Made by a program: the position numbers and the translations under genes
Assembly: GCA_013416795.1 (NCBI GenBank)
Contig: RQSC01000399.1
Span: forward strand, 17,213 to 50,348
From: Prasinococcaceae sp. CCMP 1430
Taxonomy: Eukaryota; Plantae; Prasinodermophyta
DNA length: 33,136 bases
Reading direction: 5' to 3'
Notes under the pieces: model-generated
The model's database searches: none
What the model saw: only the letters and a program-made list of their open reading frames with translations
What the model was told of the DNA's origin: nothing
Shown: in pieces, positions 1 through 9,188 of the stretch
How positions within the stretch are numbered: position 1 is the stretch's first letter
Layout of the letters: every line of letters begins with the position of its first letter

Positions 1-97
<97 letters not shown>

Positions 98-110
98 CGC
101 GCGCGCGCGC
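1..110 (+). repeat. (AC)n microsatellite, (AC)45 plus GC tail, at the 3' end of a DnaJ intron
   Basis: Read directly; it ends just before the acceptor CGCAG at 126. Confidence 0.95.
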
Positions 111-126
111 GCAATCGCACACGCAG

Positions 127-1745
127 TCGTCCAAAGCGGAGGCCGCCGCGTCGACCGGCGATTGGGCGGCCGCGTCTGCGGCGTACGACGCGGCGCTCTC
201 CGTGTCGCCGCTGCCGGAGGGCCGCGGCGTCGAGCTCCGCGCCGGGCTGTGCGCCGCCCTGGCGCGCCACAACGCGGGGGCGGAGCGCGCGCTCGAGGCG
301 TGCGCGGTGGCCGCCGCCGAGGCCGAGGTGCGCGGGCAGGCGCGCTTGTGTGTGTGTGTGTGTGTGTGCTTGGATGTGTGTGTGTGAGATGTGTGGATGT
401 GTGTGCGCGTGCGTCAACGGAAGTCGCGCGTCTGTGTATGCGAACGAGGGCCCGTGTGCACACAGACATCCATGCGCGCACAAGCACAAGTACATGCAGA
501 CACGCACGCGCACACACAAACAAACAAGCAACATGCGCGACGCTGACGCACGTTTGCCCCCTGCCCACCAACCCACCAACCAACCGCTCGTGCGCGCACA
601 CACCGCCGCGCACAGGGCGACGCCGCGCCTCTCCTGCGCCACGCCGACGCCCTCATGCTGCTCGCGCGCTACGCCGAGGCGCGGCAGAAGTACCAGGAGG
701 CCATGCAGGCGCAGCAGAGCCACGAGGCGCACCGCGGCATGCAGAACGCCGAGCGCATGCAGAAGCAGAAAGACCGAAAGGACTATTACAAGGTTCGCGT
801 GCGCGCGCGCGCGCGTGCGTGTGTGTGTGTACCTGTGTGTGTGTGTGTGTGCGTGTGTGCATGTGTGTGTATACTGTACGTGTGTTTCTGTGTGTGCGCG
901 CGCCAAGATTTGTATGTGTATGTGTTTGCGTGTGTTTGCGTGTGCGCATTCGGTTGAGCTTGTGGTCCCGTGCGTGCGAGCGCGGGAGCGCGTGCGCACG
1001 CACGCGCCTCTGCGCGCACACGCGCGCCTGCGCGCGTGCGCTCACACACACCCTCGCACACGCACGCGCGCAGGTCCTCGAGATCGCCCGCACGGCGTCG
1101 GCGGCCGACATCAAGAAGGCGTACCGCCGCATGGCCACGCGGTGGCACCCCGACAAGAACCAGGACAACCTGGAGGAGGCCTCGCGGCACATGCAGGAGA
1201 TCAACGAGGCGCACGAGGTGCTCTCGGACGCCGACGTGCGCGCGCGCTACGACCGCGGGGAGGACGTCAGCAATCGCGCTCAGGTGCGTGCGCGCGCGCG
1301 CGCGCGCGCGCGCGTGCGGGGTGTGGGGGCGGCGCGTGCCTTGCGCTCGTGTGCACGCGTGCGCGCGCGTGCGCGCCCGACGCATCGCCGCGCACGTCGG
1401 AGTGCCTACTCGCTAATGCACGCGCTACACACACACGCACACACACGCACACGCACACACACACACACGCACACGCACATCAACACACACACATAAACAC
1501 ACACACGAACACGCACATAAACACACACACGAACACGCACATGAACACACACACGCGCACGCGCACACACACAAACGCACACACATGAACACACACACAC
1601 ACACACACCGCAGGAGGAGTCGCAGCGCCAGGCGCAGACGCAGCAGCAGCACATGTTCCGGCAGCACTTCGGCGGCTTCGGGGGCGGCGGTGGGCCCAGG
1701 CGGGGCCCCGGGGGCGGGCAGCAGTTCTTCTTCCACATGGGCTGA
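127..1745 (+). CDS. DNAJC3: TPR + J-domain co-chaperone, P58IPK/DNAJC3-like (5'-partial; exons 127-327, 616-792, 1074-1283, 1614-1745)
   Basis: Spliced translation gives TPR-like helices (YDAALSV..., ARYAEARQKYQEAM), then KDYYK|VLEIARTASAADIKKAYRRMATRWHPDKN (J-domain with HPD), RARYDRGED and a Gly/Phe-rich tail GGGQQFFFHMG*, as in plant P58IPK. All introns are GT-AG, phase 0. DNAJC7 is the alternative call. Confidence 0.8.
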
Positions 1746-1866
1746 GCGCACGCGCCCGCGTGTGCGCACGCGCGCGCGCACGGACGCGGACCTCTTCGTG
1801 TGTGCATGTGCGCGCGTACGACACCGTCTGCACACGTGTGTGTGTGTGTGTGTATGTGTGTGTATG

Positions 1867-1882
<16 letters not shown>

Positions 1883-1938
<56 letters not shown>
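1883..1938 (+). repeat. Perfect (TG)28 microsatellite downstream of the DnaJ stop codon
   Basis: Read directly. Confidence 0.95.
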
Positions 1939-1948
<10 letters not shown>

Positions 1949-2234
1949 TGTGTGCGCACTGTCGCCCAACGCGGCCTATTACTCTGTGGATTCGTTATTA
2001 GCAGCGCCTCCGCCGAGGCGCCCCCCCCGTGCCTTGTCGCTCGGTCGCCGCCCGCATTCGCGCGCACGCGCACGGGTGCGTTTGCGCGCGTGAGCGTGTG
2101 CGTGTGCGTGTGTGTACGCGGGTGCGAGCGCGCACACGCAGACGCGCGTGCACACACTCACACACGCGCGCGCAGTCCACGCGCGCGCACACTCACACAC
2201 GCGCGCGCACTCCGCGTGCGCGCGCGTGCGCGCG

Positions 2235-2496
2235 TCACTTGGCCGCTCCGCGCATCTTGGCGTAGCAGGCGCGGCACACCGCCGCGTACATCCCCTTGCC
2301 GCCGACGGCCGTCTTGGTGCGCAGGTCGCCCTCCAGCTTTGCGCTGAATGGCGCGGGCGCGCCGCAGCCCGCGCACGCCGCCGTCAGCACCTCGAAGCTG
2401 CACATGCGGCGGAGGGGAAGGACGTGTGCGTGTGCGCGCGCGTGTGTGTGTGTGTGTCAGCACCGAGAGTCGCACTCGTCAGCGCGTGCGATTGGT

Positions 2497-2537
<41 letters not shown>

Positions 2538-3043
2538 ACACAAATACACATACACGCACACACACACGCGCGCGCGCGCGCGCGTGTGCACCCATTCACG
2601 CGCTCTCAGCAACGCACGTGTCCGCGGTGGCGAGCAGCCTGTGTATCTTGCCGAAGGGCCTTCGCTGGTGGTCTCCGCTGAGTCCGCACACGACGACGTG
2701 CTTGCCGTGGTTGTCCGCCCAGTCGCGGACGACCTCGTCGAGGTCTTCGAAGAACTGCGCCTCGTCGACGCCGACGACCTCGGCGGCGTCGAAGCGCTCC
2801 GCGCCGACGGCCTCGCGGAAGTCGGCGAGGCGCTCCACGGAGACGCATGGCAGCGCGTCCCTGCGCGCGGGCGTGCGTGGCCGCACGTGTGAGCGTGTCA
2901 GCAGACATGCGCTGCCGCGGGGCATGCGCGCTTGCACCCATGTACACACACACACATACACACACACACACAGACACACACACACACGCACACACACGCA
3001 CACACACACACAAGCTGCGCTTACATTCGCACAAGCACACACG

Positions 3044-3079
<36 letters not shown>

Positions 3080-3290
3080 CGCACGCCGCCCACACGCGCA
3101 CACACACGTGCCTGGTGTGCGCGACGATGGCGTCGGCGGCGTAGCGCGTGTCGATGGCGTGCTTGACGAGCTCGACGCTGCGGCCGTCTGCGCGCAGCCT
3201 GGCGGCGGCGGCGAGCAGCGCCGTCGTCTTCCCGGCGAACATCGGCCCGACGATCACCTCCACGCGGCCGACGCGCCCGCCCGCGAACAC
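2235..3290 (-). CDS. TK1: Thymidine kinase, TK1 type (exons ~3290-3112, 2860-2618, 2397-2235; start codon unresolved)
   Basis: Motifs [14 protein letters not shown] (P-loop), [26 protein letters not shown] and Zn-binding CAGC...VCRACY; TGA at 2237-2235. Confidence 0.92.
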
Positions 3291-3623
3291 ACACACACAC
3301 ACACACACACGCACGCACACGCACACACACACACACACACACACGCACGCGCGCGCGCTCGGCGGCGTCAGCCAGCCGCCGGCGCCGCTCGCCACGCGCG
3401 CGCAGATCGGTTACTCTGAACCCTACACAAAAACCCCAAAACACGCGGATTTGAAGAGCGCGGTTCTAAAAGAACGGTGAAATATTGGGGTCGTTGTATG
3501 TGCTCATTGATACGAAACGCGGTTGTGAAATGTTACCGGGTTTGAAAGGGCGGCTGCGCGCGCGCGCGCGCGCGCGGGCGAGGGCTGGCACAGCGCGCCC
3601 CCGGGGCGGGGCGAGGGGGGTGG

Positions 3624-3837
3624 NNNNNNNNNNNNNNNNNNNNNNNNNNNNNNNNNNNNNNNNNNNNNNNNNNNNNNNNNNNNNNNNNNNNNNNNNNNNN
3701 NNNNNNNNNNNNNNNNNNNNNNNNNNNNNNNNNNNNNNNNNNNNNNNNNNNNNNNNNNNNNNNNNNNNNNNNNNNNNNNNNNNNNNNNNNNNNNNNNNNN
3801 NNNNNNNNNNNNNNNNNNNNNNNNNNNNNNNNNNNNN
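3624..3837. other. Assembly gap (214 N) hiding the Nup88 5' end
   Basis: N run. Confidence 1.
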
Positions 3838-5940
3838 CGCGCGTTCGTGGCGGTCGCAGATGCCACGGCGCTGGCAGTGCGCGCGTCTGCGGCCGCGACG
3901 GAAGCGGCGGGAATCGACGCCGGCGCGTCGGCGGCGCCCACGCGCGAGGTCGGCGCGCGCGCGTTCGCGGCGGCGCCATCGCTGCGCGTGCGCGCCGCGC
4001 GCTGGCACCCGCTCAGCGAGAGCACGCTGTGCGTGCTCACCTCGGACGACGTCCTCCGCGTTTACGACGTCAGCGTTGACGCCGCGAACCCCCAGACGGA
4101 GATCAGGCTGAGCGGCGGCGACGCGGGCGCGAGCGTGGCCGACTTCGGCTTCGGTCGCCAGGTGGGCTGGGAGCGCTTCGCCGTCTTCGGGCTGCTCGCC
4201 GACGGCGGCGTAGTCACCGCGTGCCCCGTGTGCCCCGCGGGCGCGTTCGCGCCGCGCGCGGCCATGCGCGCGCTCGCGCGGGGGGCGGCGGAGGGCTCCG
4301 CGGCGCGTGCGTGGCTCGATGAGGCGTTTCCTGCGCTTGGCGCCGGTGGTGCGGACGACGAGGATGGCAATGCGGTGGTCGTGCGCGCGTCCTCCGCGGT
4401 CGGCTCCTGGCCCGCGCCGGTCGTGCAGGGCCCGCTCGCCGTGGATCCGCTGTGGGGGGATGGCTCCGAGGCGGCACAGGGGCCGGCGGCAGCGCTCTCG
4501 CAGGCGCCGTCGTCGCGTGCATGCGCAATTGCAAGCTGTGGCGCGGGCGGGGAACTCTGCTGCGTGGTTGCCGCGCTCGACTCCGGGGGCGCACTGCGCG
4601 TGTTCGTGCTCGACGAGGGGCTGGGCCCGCGCTGGGAGGGCTGCGCGGCGGACGCACCGCGGCTGCTGCTGGTCGACCGGGTCGAGCTCGACGTAGGCGA
4701 TGCCAGTGCCGCACTTGACGACTTCGAGATCGGCGGGGCGGGTGGGGTCCCTCCCGCGCTCGCCGTCGACAATGTCTCCGTCGAGCAGCTGTTTGTGTCG
4801 AGCGCGGTCGGCGTGATGGCGGTCGCGCTCACCTGGCTTCCACAGGTCGAGGCGGTGCTCGCGGGCGTGCCCGATGACGGCAAGCGGCAGTCGGCCCTCT
4901 CGATGCCCGCTGTTGTGCCAATGCTCACCGTCGGGGGCGTCGAGGGTGGCGCGGGCCTGCCGCCTCCTTTCGCGCCGCTGAGCGCCGCTTGCGGCGCGCG
5001 CGGCGTGCTCTGTGCGGCGGGCGACGAGATGCGGCTCCTGCGCGCGCAGCCGCCACCGGGCGCCATCGAGGCTGTCACGCCGACCAAGGCGCTGGGATCG
5101 CTCACGGCGTCACCTGCAAGAACGCCTGCAGGGTCGGCCACGCAGGGGTCGCTCTCCACAGCCACGCCGCCGCCACTGCACATGCCTCCGAGCCCCGCCG
5201 CTGCCGCCGCCGCCTCGAGTGGCGCCGGGCAGGAGGCGCTCCTCGCCGCCTCGCGCTCGCTGCACGACCACCACGTCGCCTACGCGCACGAGGCAAGTGC
5301 AGAGATGCACGAGCGGCTGCGCGCGCTCGGCGGTACGCTGCCTGCCGCAGAGGACACCGCCGATGAGCTTGAAGCGCTTGTTTCGTCGTGCGAGGACGCC
5401 GCCGACGAGCTGGACGTGCGCGCGGACCGCGCAGCCGACTTCCAGGACAACCTCGAGGCGCGTGCACGGGTGGTGGCGCGACTACTGGCTGCTGCGCCGC
5501 GGCCGCTGACCGCCGCCGAGCGGCGCTGGGACACTGAGGTCCAGCGCATGGAGGGGGACGTCGGCGCGCTCGCGCACAAGCTGCGTCTTGTCAAAGAGCG
5601 CGTTGCCAAACTCTCTGGCGGTGGCGGCATGGCCGGGGGCGGCGCGGGGGGCAGCGGAGCCCTGCGCAAAACAGATGCGCTCGCGCGCAGCATGCGACCG
5701 CTTGGCTCCGGCCGGTCCACGCTCATGCCCACCTCACAGCTCCGTAAGGTGCATGACGCCGTGGCCGAGCAGACCGAAACTATCAAACAATTGATCGGGC
5801 GCCTACAAGCGATGGACGATGGCCTGATGGGCGTGGGCGATGCCGGCGTCGGGGCGTGGGCGCTGCCTGGCGGCGCACCCCCCTCGACGCCAGCGCCGCA
5901 GCATGGCGCCATCGGCGATGCCCCCCTGACCGTCGATTAA
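3838..5940 (+). CDS. NUP88: Nucleoporin Nup88/Nup82-like (5' end in the assembly gap; single long exon)
   Basis: VRAARWHPLSESTLCVLTSDDVLRVYDV and VADFGFG...WERFAVFGLLADGGV resemble the Nup88 beta-propeller; C-terminal coiled-coil segments follow (ADELEALV...DNLEARARVV, EVQRMEGDVGALAHKL). The frame is open from the gap edge to TAA at 5940. Confidence 0.72.
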   Translation, partial: RAFVAVADATALAVRASAAATEAAGIDAGASAAPTREVGARAFAAAPSLRVRAARWHPLSESTLCVLTSDDVLRVYDVSVDAANPQTEIRLSGGDAGASVADFGFGRQVGWERFAVFGLLADGGVVTACPVCPAGAFAPRAAMRALARGAAEGSAARAWLDEAFPALGAGGADDEDGNAVVVRASSAVGSWPAPVVQGPLAVDPLWGDGSEAAQGPAAALSQAPSSRACAIASCGAGGELCCVVAALDSGGALRVFVLDEGLGPRWEGCAADAPRLLLVDRVELDVGDASAALDDFEIGGAGGVPPALAVDNVSVEQLFVSSAVGVMAVALTWLPQVEAVLAGVPDDGKRQSALSMPAVVPMLTVGGVEGGAGLPPPFAPLSAACGARGVLCAAGDEMRLLRAQPPPGAIEAVTPTKALGSLTASPARTPAGSATQGSLSTATPPPLHMPPSPAAAAAASSGAGQEALLAASRSLHDHHVAYAHEASAEMHERLRALGGTLPAAEDTADELEALVSSCEDAADELDVRADRAADFQDNLEARARVVARLLAAAPRPLTAAERRWDTEVQRMEGDVGALAHKLRLVKERVAKLSGGGGMAGGGAGGSGALRKTDALARSMRPLGSGRSTLMPTSQLRKVHDAVAEQTETIKQLIGRLQAMDDGLMGVGDAGVGAWALPGGAPPSTPAPQHGAIGDAPLTVD

Positions 5941-6072
5941 GACTTGAGGATGTTCAGTGCGCGTCAGCTACACGGGGTATCGCAGAAGCGCTCGCACGGC
6001 CGGGCGCACGGGCCGCTGCCTAGGCGTCTGAACGAGCGCATGCGCGTGTGCGAGCGCGCAACGAACTAGATC

Positions 6073-6077
6073 TTACA
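6073..6077 (-). terminator. TGTAA polyadenylation signal of the monooxygenase gene
   Basis: About 40 nt after the stop; UGUAA is the known chlorophyte poly(A) signal. Confidence 0.6.
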
Positions 6078-6117
6078 TATCTTTCTTGGAGTGGAAGTGA
6101 GTGCGAGCGCTCGCCAC

Positions 6118-9100
6118 CTACTTCGGTACACACTGCTTCTTTCTGTACGCGCAGGCGTTTTTGGCGTCGCCCTTCTTGCATGCCTTCTTGCTCTTAATGC
6201 CCTTGCAGAGCTTCTTCACCTGCTTCGCTGACAGTTTCGTCTTCTTAGCTTTCTTGATCTTCTCCTTGGATTGCTTGGCCTTCTTGGCCTTCTTGACCTT
6301 CTTGGCCTTCTTGGCCTTCGTGGCCTTCGTGGCCTTCTTGGTCTTCTTGGTCTTCTTGGACATCTTGGACTTCTTGGACTTCTTGGACTTCTTGGCCTCG
6401 ACGAAAGTATCGAGGGCGACGATATCTCCGCTCTGCGTCGCAGCACCGGGTGCTAGGCCACCGCCGACCTCCTCGACGTATCCTGCGAAGGACCTGGCGG
6501 CGAGTGTCTCTGGCGCCCCCGCGCCGGCCGCCAGCGGCAAGCGCCAGCGCAAGATTAGTCCGTACTCGTTCGGATGCTCTGCATAGGCAAACGCCACCAC
6601 CTTGTCGGTGTGTGCCAGATCACCAGAGAGCGGTACGTGGTTGCGCGTATGGTCGAACTTGCCATGCGAGAAGGCTTCGAGTGAGTCCACCTCGTAGACG
6701 GTGGCCTCATACGCCGCCTTGGCGCCCTCCGGGCGCGAATGGTCGATCGCCGCAACGACACCAATTGCGCCACCAGTCATCGGCGCCTCGGTCGCGAAGC
6801 CTATGTATGCAGTGGCCCATATTGCGGGCGCCTCAAGCTTGAAGTCAATGTAGCCACCCTCCTTTTGCGAGCCGGCGTTAACGTTGTAGTGCAAAACGGA
6901 GTCAAGTAGTTCGGGCAAGTCAACGTGGCGCTCGTAATTCAGAGCACTGTCGAGACGGTCGAGGACCAGCAGGTCTTCGGAGTCGAGCTTCCCATGCGCA
7001 AAGTGCGGTCCGCTGGGCGGCGCTGGCGGCGACGGCGCCGCCGGTCCTCCGTAGCACCTGGCGTTGCCGACCTCGCACGCGTCCCAGCGATCGAAGACGG
7101 TCGCGCACCGCGAGCCCAGGGTGTCGACGTACAGCCTGACGAGGTCGTTGAGGCCCTTAAGCAAGCCGACCTCGGGGTCATTGCCCGCGATTAAGCGCAC
7201 GGAGGAGTCGTAGTAGCAGAGGAGCACCGAGTGCAAGGCTGCGGTGCAGCTCTCGGCGCACGTGGCCGCGTTGGTGCCCCACCAGCCGCACAACCAGCCC
7301 AGCGTTCCCTGCGCGTTCCATACAAAGTCGAGATTGCACACTTCGACCACTTCCGTGCTCGATTTGGCCTCCGCGCAGGCGGAGAGGCCGTCAGCGTCTT
7401 CCGTGCACTCCCACCCATTCTCTATGCCGCAGAACTGATCGCAGCCATCTCCGGGAACCTGGTTGCCGTCATCGCATAGCTCGGTCCCCTCCTTCATCCC
7501 GTCGCCGCACCAGCGCCCGCACGTGTCGTCCGCGAGCGGCTCGATGGCCGGTGCGTTGAAGTCGATGAACGGTACGCCTGACATCATGCCGTCGCAGCCG
7601 GACCGCTTCGTGCCCGTGCGCCAGCCAATGGTATCCGGGAGCTCCTTGCAGTTGGTAAACTTCTCCGCGCGCGGCCAGTAGGTGAGGTAGCTCAGGCACA
7701 TCTCGTCACTCGTGGCCACCCCCATTTGGACCGGCCCACGGCCGACGGTCGTGTACCGGCAGGTGGTGAAGAGCGAGTCGGTGGGGCGCAGCTCGATTGG
7801 CTCGGGGAGGATGCGGTTGATCTGCATGTCAAAGTCGTAGTAGGGGTCCTCGCCGACGATGGCCACTTCCCGGCCGTCGCGGACCAGGCGAGTGGACACG
7901 TAGTAGCCAGTGGTGTGCGTGTGCAGCGCGATCGACACAATGTTCACCGGCTTGTCCAGGCGGCTCGACAGGCACGCGCTCGGGCACCAGCCCGCCCACT
8001 CGTGCGTGACAGTCTCCCCCGGGATGGTCAGCGAGCCGGGCAGCGTCTCGACGCCCGCGGCGAACACACCGACGTCATTCGGTCGGAGGTTCGGCGTGTA
8101 GCGCACGCGCACGGCGCTGTCGTCGGCCCAGGACGTTCCGCCGGGGTTGTCGTAGTGCCACTCGACGAGCACGTGCCGCGCCTCGCCGGGACCGAAGGGG
8201 AAGCCCGCCTCGGCAGGAAAGACTTGACTGCCCCCCCCCACGCCCCAGAAGGACATCACGCGGTCGCCGTTGCACCCCAGCACGCGGCTGGACGTCCAGC
8301 GGCCGCCGTTGCAGTGCCCGTGCTTGCTCATGTGCGGGCTCTTGCCCCCGCCGAGGTCGTCGAGCGACGCCACCCCCTCGTCCGCGAGCAACTCGTCAAT
8401 CTCCTCCGTGCAATCAAACAATAGCATGTGATGGACGCGTCCCTTGTTGCGCTCGTCGACGAGCACCTCGAACTCGGTGATGTGGTGCTTGGATCCCACG
8501 TCTGGCAGCGTGAACAGCGAGCAGTAGTAATCGGTGTCCACCCCCTCGCTCATCGTGTACGCGCCGGGATACACGAGGTCCACGCTGGTCGCGTCGGGGT
8601 CGGCGTTGCCCCTGGCCCGCTCGGCATCAAGCGGCTGTGTGTACACGATGGAGCGCGTGCCGCGCCTGTCGGGGCCGTGGTAGTGACCCTCCATGTCCGC
8701 GTTCTCATGCTCGAGGTCGGCAAGGCCGTACGCCCAGATGACTCGCGTGGTCGCGCCGTCGGGGAAGGACGCGTCGTGCAGGTCGCACGAGGCGCGCGGC
8801 TTGGTAAACGCGACGGTGGTGACGCCGTCGACCTCGCTCGCGTAGAGCAGCGCGGCGTCCTGCGTGTCTGCGTCGACGACGGGCGCCTCTGCGTCATTCG
8901 GCGCGAAGCGGTCGGAGACATGCGCCTCCCCGTCGGCGTCCACCCACGCCACGGTGATGTCGGCGCCGCCCATCGCGCCGTTAGGCGAGGCGCCGAGGGC
9001 GATCCAGCCCGTCGTGGCCGCGCTCACCTCGAATGTGATGAAGTCCGCGTCGAACGCCCAACGCACTGTGTAGCCGGAAGACTGCGCCAGCGCGCGAAAG

Positions 9101-9129
9101 AGAGGGCGTGTGTGTGTGTACGCGCGTGC

Positions 9130-9188
<59 letters not shown>

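Noticed and set aside
162-3444. Many long ORFs rich in VCVC, HTHT or RARA here and at 16500-17600, 28000-30200 and 31300-32700
   Set aside because: They arise because (GT)n, (CA)n and (GC)n and ~70% GC sequence lack stop codons. They overlap resolved introns or are antisense to real genes.
4062-5912. Long antisense ORFs opposite Nup88 (similar ones lie opposite PRP28 and the exonuclease)
   Set aside because: Typical shadow ORFs of GC3-rich coding sequence with no family motifs.
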